A stretch of DNA of 64,000 nucleotides. Origin: a virus. Lineage: Duplodnaviria > Caudoviricetes. The stretch is from positions 4,724 through 68,723 of IMG/VR virus record IMGVR_UViG_3300009868_000005; one strand, 5' to 3'. The number at the start of each line of letters is the position of its first letter. Position 1 is the stretch's first letter. Below, piece after piece: positions 27,813 through 35,830 of this stretch. A program made the translations under genes and the position numbers. The notes below the pieces were generated by a model, which saw only the letters and a list, made by a program, of their open reading frames with translations, made no database searches and was not told the origin of the DNA.

Positions 27813-28684
27813 TTCTCCCCCTTCTTTGCGGCGGCCTTTGGGGTTTGCTCGGCCCAGGCGACCTCGCGTTTGCCCATCATCCATTCGAGGGCGTGAAGGA
27901 CGCCTGCCTGGTAGTCGCTCTTGGGCATGCAGCTGGCCGAATCCAAGGCCGATTCCAGGCGCTTGTACGTCTTGACCTTGGGGCGGGAGGACTCCTTGGT
28001 CTTCTCCTTGGCCTTTGCGCTCGCCTCCTTGCCTCTCCCTTTGCCGTTGCCGCTTGCCAGGACCGAGGCCAGCGCGTCGTGCTGTTTTCCGCGAGGAAGT
28101 TCCGACAGGGTCTTGGCAATGGCGAGCGTGATCGACTTGGCCTTGAGGGCGGCTTGCACCTCGGGGTCCATCTCGAGCACTTGCAGCAGCGTTTGCATCT
28201 GCCACGTCTTGAGGCCGAACACGCGCCTGGCCCGCTTTTCGTCGTTTGCGTTGACCTTGAGCCACCTGTCGAGCTTCTGGGCTCGGGTGACGTGGTCTTC
28301 TCTCTTGCGTTGCTCGTTGGCGATGACCATGCGAGTCATCGATACGTTGTCGTCGATGCGCTGGTAGACCGCGGGCACGAGAAGAGGTTCGAGACCCTTC
28401 GCCTTCCTTCGCTTGTTGACGATCACTGCAGCCTTCACGCGGTTGCGCCCGTCGATGACCTCGATGATTGGTTTGCCCCGCTTCATGCCATTTTTTCGAA
28501 CGAGGATGGGGATGAGAACGGCTTCCTCGTCTTCGATGTTGATCACAAGCTCATCGGGCGGTGGGTCCTCGGCCGTTGGATCCCACAAAGGGTGCTGCTT
28601 TTCCGTGACGATCACGAGCTTTTCGGGCAGGTAGTGAAAAGTCTGCCCCCTCGATTCCGCTCCGAATTCCTCCGTCCGACTCAT
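27809..28684 (-). CDS. ParB/Srx-like N-terminal domain protein
   Basis: IPILVRK...EVIDGRNRVKAA, ANEQR, then helical HTH-like region. Confidence 0.8.
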   Translation of the reverse strand: MSRTEEFGAESRGQTFHYLPEKLVIVTEKQHPLWDPTAEDPPPDELVINIEDEEAVLIPILVRKNGMKRGKPIIEVIDGRNRVKAAVIVNKRRKAKGLEPLLVPAVYQRIDDNVSMTRMVIANEQRKREDHVTRAQKLDRWLKVNANDEKRARRVFGLKTWQMQTLLQVLEMDPEVQAALKAKSITLAIAKTLSELPRGKQHDALASVLASGNGKGRGKEASAKAKEKTKESSRPKVKTYKRLESALDSASCMPKSDYQAGVLHALEWMMGKREVAWAEQTPKAAAKKGEK

Positions 28685-29700
28685 CAGAACACCTCTTCCT
28701 TGGTCTTTGCCACTCTGACGTACAGCGACCTCTCTGGCGGCTTGCGAAACGCTTCCACCACTTCCTCGCTTATTCCTTGCGCCTTCAAGAAGGCTTTCAT
28801 GTCGACGTGCCCCCTTTTGGACGTGCACTTGACCGATCCCCACGGCCCCTGAAAGCCGAGGGCGGAGCCGACCAGCATCTGAAGCGCCTGGCCGGCCTTG
28901 TCCTTCTCAAGCCGCGCCTCCTTCTCCATCCGGCGGAACGTGTCGTACCGGCGCACGAGTTCCACCGCCCCAGACGGGGTCTCGATCATGGCGCTGGTGA
29001 GAACGGAGGGGAACCTTCGGCTGAGAAACCGGCTGTACTCCTCGGTGCCATCGGGCGGTGGGGGGCGACGCGCCACGATGCAGTCGTTCCAAAAGTCGCT
29101 CGCGATCTCGGAGATGGTTGCGATGTATTCCTCGTCCCTCTCCACGCGGAACCGGCGGAACGTGGTCCCGTACAGCAGGGCAGCGACGTCGGCGCGCTGG
29201 TAGCCAAGGACGCGCATCTGCCACTGCACCTGGGTGTAGACGTACGGGGGGATTTGATCGATCTCGGCCTCGGCCTCGTCGATGTCCCATCCCTTGGCGG
29301 CTCTGGTGCCGACGAGCTTGCACTCGAGCAGCCAGTCAGCCGGGTCGCCTCGCTGGATCCTGGGGGATGTCTCGTCGGGGGTGCCGGCGAAGACGAAGCG
29401 GTCGGGCGTTGCAAGGGCCCACGGGCAGTCGGTTGCCCGAAAGGTGAGGTCGGACTCGTAGATGTCCGCGGGGAAGGGAAGATCGAGCAGGTATCGCTTG
29501 GCGAGGGCCGCTTCGAACACCTGGCCGTTGAGTGCCCGGTCCTCCATGTCCGTGGCCCCCTTGAGAAGCTCCTGCTCGGACTTGAACTTGTCCTCGTAGA
29601 CGGAGGAGGCGGAAGACCACGGGTTTTCCCCGACGATCTTGACGATGTCTGTGGCCGTGATGCCGGTCTGCCGCATCTTGAGTTGGGCAAGCGAGAGCAT
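28684..29700 (-). CDS. YqaJ-like (lambda-exonuclease family) nuclease
   Basis: GITATDIVKIVGENPW, ATPDR, LECK, YTQVQWQM, RVERDEEYI. Confidence 0.92.
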   Translation of the reverse strand: MLSLAQLKMRQTGITATDIVKIVGENPWSSASSVYEDKFKSEQELLKGATDMEDRALNGQVFEAALAKRYLLDLPFPADIYESDLTFRATDCPWALATPDRFVFAGTPDETSPRIQRGDPADWLLECKLVGTRAAKGWDIDEAEAEIDQIPPYVYTQVQWQMRVLGYQRADVAALLYGTTFRRFRVERDEEYIATISEIASDFWNDCIVARRPPPPDGTEEYSRFLSRRFPSVLTSAMIETPSGAVELVRRYDTFRRMEKEARLEKDKAGQALQMLVGSALGFQGPWGSVKCTSKRGHVDMKAFLKAQGISEEVVEAFRKPPERSLYVRVAKTKEEVF

Positions 29701-29708
29701 TGCGAACG

Positions 29709-29746
29709 ACTATACGGCATCGTAACACCCTGTCAACAAAAAAGTT
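29709..29746 (-). promoter_or_regulatory. Leftward promoter of the recombination operon
   Basis: AACTTTTTTG-TTGACA-N16-TATAGT-N8-ATG29700. Confidence 0.75.
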
Positions 29747-29884
29747 GATGCCCGTGTGATGCAAGACCGTAACTTATTGGACGGGCAATGGATATTTTTC
29801 AATGGCTCGATTCGGGCTTCGAACTGGTGATCAAAACCGGCGGCAGGTAGCCGAATGCGTACAAGAAAAAGTTGCGAGGCTGCA

Positions 29885-29923
29885 AACTATTTTGTTGACA
29901 GAAAGCGCCTCGCGCCCCACGCT
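29885..29923 (+). promoter_or_regulatory. Rightward promoter of the HTH/Dam operon
   Basis: AACTATTTTG-TTGACA-N17-CACGCT-N8-ATG29932. Confidence 0.65.
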
Positions 29924-29931
29924 GTGAACCC

Positions 29932-30246
29932 ATGCAAACCAGAAACGTCACGCAGGTGCCGGCAGTCTCCCGGCTCCGGTTGTGGCTCGTCGGTGACCGG
30001 ACCCAGGCGTGGCTTGCCCGCAAGCTTGGGGTGTCGCGCCCCACTGTGTACCGATGGTGCCAAGGAGAAAACGCGCCGGACCCTGTCAGGCGAAGGCAAA
30101 TTCAGGACATCTCGGGCGGGTTCATCCACCAGGATGACTGGTTCACCGGCGATGAATTGGCCGATGCCTACGGGTTCTGTCGAACCGCGTGGCGAAGGCT
30201 CAAGCGAAGGCAGGAACTGAAGGAAGGCGAAAATGAAGAAGTATGA
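29932..30246 (+). CDS. XRE/Cro-like HTH regulator
   Basis: TQAWLARKLGVSRPTVYRWCQGENAP. Confidence 0.85.
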   Translation: MQTRNVTQVPAVSRLRLWLVGDRTQAWLARKLGVSRPTVYRWCQGENAPDPVRRRQIQDISGGFIHQDDWFTGDELADAYGFCRTAWRRLKRRQELKEGENEEV

Positions 30247-30805
30247 AATCGGCCAGGTGACCATCTTTGCGGAGGCGGACAAAGAGGTCCGCTACCAAGC
30301 CTCTGCCCTCAACCACGAGTGCGAAGGGGAGAGCGTTTCCGAATGCCTCCACAAGCTCGCTGGCAAGATCGCAGAACTGGATAACCAGGACAAGCCGATC
30401 GTGATCTCCGACTTGGTCTACGTTCCCAACACGCTTGGGGCTGTGAATCCTTCCTCGCCCATCGAAGGCTCCGGTATGGAGGTTCTCTCCCTGGAGCAGC
30501 TTGCGGGCGCGCTCGGGGAGTCGGGTGACCAGTCGTTTCGAGAAGTGTGCGCCAGCGACCCTGCCTTCAGCGAGAAGGCGGTTGCGCAGCTTCCCATGGT
30601 CCTTGCCTGGATGGCGGGCGTGTGCCGCCGAATGGCTGAGCAGGTGAGCCCGCAGAGCGAGGACGTGGACCCGTACTTTCCTGTCGGTCTCGCGATCATG
30701 CAGGGGCTCGGGATGACCGCCAAGCAGACCGCGGACTTCGGCAAGTCGCACCTCGACGACGTGCTTTCGATGACGCCCGTATCTGCCAAGGGAGGCCAGG
30801 CGTGA
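30233..30805 (+). CDS. Hypothetical protein
   Basis: GAAGG RBS; in operon. Confidence 0.65.
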   Translation: MKKYEIGQVTIFAEADKEVRYQASALNHECEGESVSECLHKLAGKIAELDNQDKPIVISDLVYVPNTLGAVNPSSPIEGSGMEVLSLEQLAGALGESGDQSFREVCASDPAFSEKAVAQLPMVLAWMAGVCRRMAEQVSPQSEDVDPYFPVGLAIMQGLGMTAKQTADFGKSHLDDVLSMTPVSAKGGQA

Positions 30806-30806
30806 C

Positions 30807-31655
30807 ATGAAGCCGTTCGTCCGATGGCTGGGGGGCAAGAGGCGACTTGCCCAAGCCATTCAGCAGCACGTCCCGCCGTGGATGCAGACGTACCACGAAC
30901 CGATGCTCGGCGGCGGGGCCCTGTTCATCCGGCTTCTCGAGTGCGGGCAGATTCATGGGGCGCGGCTGTCGGACTCGAACATCTACCTCATGCGGGCTTG
31001 GCAGGGGGTGATGGACACCCCTTATGCGGTCATGATGGGACTGCGGGATCATGCCGATGCGCACTCCAACGAGCACTTCCTCGAGCAGAGGGGCCGGCAA
31101 GAGGAAATGCTCACTGCGTGGCTGGCTGACGCGGCAGCCTGGTTTTTGTACATCAACCGGGCTTCCTTCAACGGCCTGTGGCGCATCGCTACCGACGGCC
31201 GCCTCAATTCATCGTGGGGCAAGCGTGACAAGCAGTCGATTCTCGCAGAGGAGTGGGAGCTTCCTGTCCCGTCGAACGCGATGCAGCGTGCAGGGGTTGG
31301 CCTTCTTCACCTGTGCGTGGGGGACGTAGCGACCAAGCTCGAGCAGGTTGCGCCTGGGGACGTGGCGTACGTTGATCCCCCGTACGTCGGTACCTTCAGC
31401 AGGTACACGAACGCCGGCTATTCTCCCGAAAGGCACGAAGGGCTCGCCCAGCAGTGCGCCGAGGTGGCCCGCAGGGGGGCCAGGGTTCTGGTCAGCCAGT
31501 CCGCCAGCGCAGCCCCTATCTACGACCCGCACCTTCTTTCGGTGAAGGGGGCCAAGAAGGTTGAGCTTGATGCGTACCGCAGCGTCAGCCAGGACGCCGC
31601 TACGCGTGGGAAAACGAAGGAACTCCTGTACGTTCTTGGAGGCAAAAATGCGTGA
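30807..31655 (+). CDS. dam: Dam-family (D12 class) N6-adenine DNA methyltransferase
   Basis: KPFVRWLGGK, YHEPMLGGGA, FLYINRASFNGLWR, YVDPPY. Confidence 0.93.
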   Translation: MKPFVRWLGGKRRLAQAIQQHVPPWMQTYHEPMLGGGALFIRLLECGQIHGARLSDSNIYLMRAWQGVMDTPYAVMMGLRDHADAHSNEHFLEQRGRQEEMLTAWLADAAAWFLYINRASFNGLWRIATDGRLNSSWGKRDKQSILAEEWELPVPSNAMQRAGVGLLHLCVGDVATKLEQVAPGDVAYVDPPYVGTFSRYTNAGYSPERHEGLAQQCAEVARRGARVLVSQSASAAPIYDPHLLSVKGAKKVELDAYRSVSQDAATRGKTKELLYVLGGKNA

Positions 31656-32343
31656 ATGGGCAAAGAGGCTGCTCGGCTACGACACGGAGACCACGGGAGT
31701 GGGCGAGGATGCTCGCATCCTCGAGTTCGGTGCCGTTCTGCAGGAAAGCGGCAAGGTCGTCACTTCCTATCAGATCTTCCTGCGGCCCCCGGAAGTCGAT
31801 TGGAACGCTCCCAGCGTTCGCGAGGCGATGGCGGTCAACAAGATCGAGTGGGCCGATCTGGAGAAGGCCAAGACTTTCCCTGAGGAGTTCCAGTACATCA
31901 AGACCGCCCTCATGCAGTCGGATGTCCGATGCGGTCACAACGTGAACTTTGACAGCCGAATGCTCAAGCAGGAGTTCCGGCGGGCCGTGGCGGCGGGGCT
32001 TCTGTCTCCCGACATGCTCAAGGGGGCTCACAACATCGTGACGCTCGACACCCTTGCTCTGGACTTCTACCTCAACCCGGACGCCGACAGACACACGCTC
32101 GAGCACGTCGCGGCCAGGTGGGGCGTGCACAACTGGCAGAAGCACCGAGCGATCGGTGACGCGGACGCCGCGGTGCGCATCCTGACCTCCATGAGCAACA
32201 GCTTGCCCGACAGCCTCGACGAGGTGGTCGCGATCTGCAAGGCGTCGCAAGCAAAGTGGGAAGCCATGTGGGAGGCGAGGCGGGACAACCGAGGCGACGT
32301 CACGGATGAGCAAAAGCAGCTTCTGCTCGGAGGCGGCGCATGA
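31648..32343 (+). CDS. DEDDh 3'-5' exonuclease (DnaQ-like)
   Basis: YDTETTG, GHNVNFD, HRAIGDA. Confidence 0.93.
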   Translation: MREWAKRLLGYDTETTGVGEDARILEFGAVLQESGKVVTSYQIFLRPPEVDWNAPSVREAMAVNKIEWADLEKAKTFPEEFQYIKTALMQSDVRCGHNVNFDSRMLKQEFRRAVAAGLLSPDMLKGAHNIVTLDTLALDFYLNPDADRHTLEHVAARWGVHNWQKHRAIGDADAAVRILTSMSNSLPDSLDEVVAICKASQAKWEAMWEARRDNRGDVTDEQKQLLLGGGA

Positions 32344-33176
32344 TCCTCAACCTCGACGATGTCCGGCCTGAGATGCTCACGCTCTCCAACATCGCCCACG
32401 CCTTGTCCCGCTTCACGTTCGGGGGGGAGGTTGGGAGTCAGCCTTCGCCGACGCTCGCCCAGGTGAGCGTGGATGTGGCGACCAAGCTCCGGGAGGATGG
32501 GGCCAGCGCCGACGCGCAGATGACGGGCCTGCTGTACTTCGCCAGCGCCGCCTTCATGCCGTCCCCGACTGTGGAGCTTGCCGACTGCGATAGCGTGCAG
32601 GAGATGGCGTCGTGGGGGGCTCCCATTGCGGCACGCATTCAGCTTGCGGTGCTTCGGAAGTTCGGGGCGAAGCTTGAATACGACCAGACGGTGGTCAAGA
32701 CCGTGGTAGACGAGGTCGAGTTCGCCTGCCATTGTCCAAGGAATCACGGTGTGGCAGGCCCTGCCGAAGAAAGGCGCCCGAGACGCCCGGTTCGACTCCG
32801 CTACTCCGCGGGTTTGAGCATTCCGAATGGCGCAACGCTGAGCCAGGATGCCGCCGAGTGGCTGTTCAAGGCCACAGCCCTCGTTATTGCTCGAGAAATC
32901 GGGTCCCAGGTCGCCATGGCTGTTGTGGATGAGGCAGGCGTGGACGTGGCAACGTACAGGTGGGTGCTCCGACCGGCTCCGTACCAGTCTCTCGAAAGCG
33001 ATCGGCGCAGTGCGCCCCGAAGCGGCGGTGAGGCTATGGTGTCGTTGGCCGACGACATTCGCTCGGTTTTCAAGAAGCATGGCTTCGACCCCACGTCCGA
33101 GGAGTTCGAGGCGATGCTCAAGGTTGCGGAGGCTCAGCAGGCCAAGGGAGAGGATCCCGTGGGGGGGATGAACTGA
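32340..33176 (+). CDS. Degenerate HD/YfbR-like protein, probably fused to a downstream small ORF
   Basis: LSNIAHALSRFTFGG resembles phage 5'-deoxynucleotidase N-termini, but no intact HD motif is seen. Internal GGTGAGG-ATG at ~33037. Confidence 0.45.
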   Translation: MILNLDDVRPEMLTLSNIAHALSRFTFGGEVGSQPSPTLAQVSVDVATKLREDGASADAQMTGLLYFASAAFMPSPTVELADCDSVQEMASWGAPIAARIQLAVLRKFGAKLEYDQTVVKTVVDEVEFACHCPRNHGVAGPAEERRPRRPVRLRYSAGLSIPNGATLSQDAAEWLFKATALVIAREIGSQVAMAVVDEAGVDVATYRWVLRPAPYQSLESDRRSAPRSGGEAMVSLADDIRSVFKKHGFDPTSEEFEAMLKVAEAQQAKGEDPVGGMN

Positions 33177-33263
33177 TGACCACCGTCAGCTGGGTTTTGT
33201 CGGTGGTGTGGGCGGTCTTCACCGTTCAAATCCGGCTGCGTCCACTGCGAAAGGGGATTTGAG

Positions 33264-33947
33264 ATGGACCTAGTATGCATACTTGACACAGAAACAACGG
33301 GTCTGGACCCGGCGCAGGGCGCAAAATGCATCGAGGTTGGCTGCATCGTCTACTCGATCAGGCACCATGCGATGGTAGAGGCGTTCTCGAGCCTAATCCA
33401 CAGTGACGGCAATGACGAGGAGCGCATCAACCATATTCCGGTGGGTCTGCTCAGGCAGAGCAGTGGAATGGACGCGGAGTATGTTTGGGGCGAGGTTGGT
33501 GTCAGAGCGGGTGGCTGCGAAGCCGTGCTGGCTCACAACGCCGACTTCGATCGGCAATGGGTACCCGACACGTTTCCGTCGAAGGTGCCCTGGATCGACA
33601 CTTGTGGCGACGTGACGTGGCCACTCGAGCAAAGGCCCGGCTCAAGCCTCGTCTCGCTCTGTCTCGACCATGGGATCGGCGTTGTCGATCCGCACCGTGC
33701 GCTGGGCGACTGCTTCATGCTGGCGCGACTCATGACCAGGGTCGCGGAACTCGGCCACGACGTCTCGGAATTGCTTGCTCGAGGTCTTCGTCCCAAGGCT
33801 GTTTTCGAAGCGAAGATTGCCTACGAGGACAGGGACATTGCCAAAGACGCGGGCTTCCGGTGGGAGAGAGACAAGAAGCGCTGGACCCGGAAGATGGCGA
33901 TTGACGATGCGGCGAAGCTGCCGTTTCGAGCGGTGAGGGTGGCATGA
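33264..33947 (+). CDS. Second DEDDh 3'-5' exonuclease
   Basis: LDTETTG, AHNADFD, WIDT, HRALGDC. C-terminal AKDAGFRW domain. Confidence 0.93.
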   Translation: MDLVCILDTETTGLDPAQGAKCIEVGCIVYSIRHHAMVEAFSSLIHSDGNDEERINHIPVGLLRQSSGMDAEYVWGEVGVRAGGCEAVLAHNADFDRQWVPDTFPSKVPWIDTCGDVTWPLEQRPGSSLVSLCLDHGIGVVDPHRALGDCFMLARLMTRVAELGHDVSELLARGLRPKAVFEAKIAYEDRDIAKDAGFRWERDKKRWTRKMAIDDAAKLPFRAVRVA

Positions 33948-34513
33948 AGTATAAGCACTACTCAATGAGCTTTATGCACGCTGTACGTGGTGTTTGCGCC
34001 AGAGAGTCGAGGCAGGCGATGACCATGCGATTGACCCGTGATGCCTACGAGGCCGTCGTGAGCATGCCCGAGCGGCTGCCCGATCCGCCCGTCTGTGCTC
34101 GATGCGGTGAAGAGTATCTCATGACGGAGCCAGATCAGGAGCCGACGAGGTATTGCAACGAATGCGCTCATGTCGTGGCGGAGGAGCGCGAGGCCGACAT
34201 GCACGTCAGGATCCGAGAGGGCTACGACAAGACAGTGGCGGACGCGTGGCGCGCGAAGGTGGCCGAACTGGAGCGCGAACGCAACGAGATCGCCCACGCG
34301 TGCGAGCAGTACGCCTACGAGTGTGAGCAGGGCATCCACGACGGACCTGCCGCGCTGCGGGAGATCAGGGACATGCTCGCGGGGCCGGACACACCGAGGG
34401 GGGCTCGCGAAGGCTGCGACCGCTTCGTTTCGGGTCTGCCTGGCGGGGACTGCAACGGCGACGGTCACTACATGTGCCGAGAGTGCCGAGAGTGGAGCAG
34501 GAGGCAGCAATGA
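33944..34513 (+). CDS. Hypothetical modular Cys-rich protein
   Basis: CARCG...YCNEC module, coiled coil, CNGDGHYMCREC. Confidence 0.6.
   Translation: MKYKHYSMSFMHAVRGVCARESRQAMTMRLTRDAYEAVVSMPERLPDPPVCARCGEEYLMTEPDQEPTRYCNECAHVVAEEREADMHVRIREGYDKTVADAWRAKVAELERERNEIAHACEQYAYECEQGIHDGPAALREIRDMLAGPDTPRGAREGCDRFVSGLPGGDCNGDGHYMCRECREWSRRQQ
34085..34165 (+). repeat. 81-bp direct repeat (partner 34635..34715)
   Basis: One mismatch (tat/tac). Encodes PPVCARCGEEYLMTEPDQEPTRYCNEC. Confidence 0.95.
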
Positions 34514-34620
34514 GATTCGAATCCATCGCAGTCCGAAAGGCAAAGGGCGAGGACCTCGGGGAGCGAGAGGGTGTGCTGCTCGGGAAGGCCAGCCAGATCG
34601 AAGAGGAGGTTGCGGCGTGA
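34510..34620 (+). CDS. 36-aa hypothetical protein
   Basis: ATGA and GTGA overlaps at both ends. Confidence 0.45.
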   Translation: MRFESIAVRKAKGEDLGEREGVLLGKASQIEEEVAA

Positions 34621-35120
34621 GCACGATTGAAGACCCGCCCGTCTGTGCTCGATGCGGTGAAGAGTATCTCATGACGGAGCCAGATCAGGAGCCGACGAGG
34701 TACTGCAACGAATGCTGTCACGACGCGCTTGAGGAGGTACTGCTATCGCGGCAGGCAGCAAACGATCGAGTGGCCGAGCTGGAGCGCCAGCTAGCTTCCC
34801 GCCCCCAGCCGACCGGCTCCGAGGTCTCTGCGTGCTGCCCCGGACCCACCAGCGACGACGACGGGATCGCTGCGCTGAAGCGAGCGCAGGCACGGAAGGC
34901 GGATCCAAAGAAGCCCACGTATGCAGAAATAGCGCTCACCAGGGAGCGGGACGAAGCAAGAAGCATCGCGACAAGGCTCGTGAAAGCCATGATCCTGTGG
35001 GGTGCATGGGAAGACGGCGTCCCAGAGCCCGGGTGCTACGGCAAGAACAACGAGGACGCTGCCACCGCTTTCGACGACGCTGTGCGGCTGATACCGGATT
35101 GGAGGAAGCAGGGGCGATGA
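34617..35120 (+). CDS. Hypothetical protein with duplicated Zn-ribbon module
   Basis: GAGGAGG RBS, GTG start. Carries the second repeat copy. Confidence 0.6.
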   Translation: MSTIEDPPVCARCGEEYLMTEPDQEPTRYCNECCHDALEEVLLSRQAANDRVAELERQLASRPQPTGSEVSACCPGPTSDDDGIAALKRAQARKADPKKPTYAEIALTRERDEARSIATRLVKAMILWGAWEDGVPEPGCYGKNNEDAATAFDDAVRLIPDWRKQGR

Positions 35121-35380
35121 AGACGCTCGTCAAGGGCCGCCCCCAGGTAGGATGGGCCAGGGAGTTGATCTGCACTGGTGAGGGCAACGGGTGTGGGGGT
35201 TGCCTGGCCTTGTTGCTGGTCGAAATGGATGACGTGTACCGCACCCATGCCCCTGTGACGGATGAGTATTTCAACACTTTCTTGTGCCAAGAGTGTGGTG
35301 TTGAGACAGACATCTCGGGGAAGCTCCCATTCCATCCTCCGTCCAAGGAAGAATGGCTTGCTCGCCGGGGGCGACGATGA
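35117..35380 (+). CDS. Small Zn-binding hypothetical protein
   Basis: CTGEGNGCGGC...CQECG; ATGA coupling. Confidence 0.65.
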   Translation: MKTLVKGRPQVGWARELICTGEGNGCGGCLALLLVEMDDVYRTHAPVTDEYFNTFLCQECGVETDISGKLPFHPPSKEEWLARRGRR

Positions 35381-35553
35381 GGGAATTTCGTCGAGAAATG
35401 TGCTTGGTGTGCGAGAAGAGACGCCGTGCCGGCCACCTGCTGTGTGGCCCGTGCGGCAGGAGCTACGACCGCGTCCGAGACAAGGACGTGACCGTTGGGG
35501 CAGCGATTGTCTGGGCGGCGAGGCGAGCACGGAGATTTGCAAAAGAGAGGTGA
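35377..35553 (+). CDS. Small Zn-finger protein
   Basis: CLVC...LCGPC; ATGA coupling. Confidence 0.55.
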   Translation: MREFRREMCLVCEKRRRAGHLLCGPCGRSYDRVRDKDVTVGAAIVWAARRARRFAKER

Positions 35554-35557
35554 GGCG

Positions 35558-35830
35558 ATGTTGGAACTCTTCCGGGTGCGATGGTGCGAGCCAATCATTC
35601 GCGAGCTGAGCGACGGCAGGATCGTGTGGGTGATCCAGATGTGCGAGAGGTGGGGCATCAGTCGGGAGCAAGCCGATCAGATCGCCATGGATGCGAAACC
35701 CATCCGCGTCGCCATCATGGCCGCTCGATTCGGATGGGAAAACTACCTCGTGGGGTCTGTGGCGAGGTTCGACGACAAGCTCCAAATCGACCGTTTCTAC
35801 ACGGTCGTAGGTACGAAAGAAGGGGAGTGA
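35558..35830 (+). CDS. Hypothetical protein
   Basis: GAGGTGAGG RBS. Confidence 0.6.
   Translation: MLELFRVRWCEPIIRELSDGRIVWVIQMCERWGISREQADQIAMDAKPIRVAIMAARFGWENYLVGSVARFDDKLQIDRFYTVVGTKEGE

Noticed and set aside
34510-34620. Suspected frameshift in a small ORF
   Set aside because: Re-reading the codons shows an intact 36-aa ORF.
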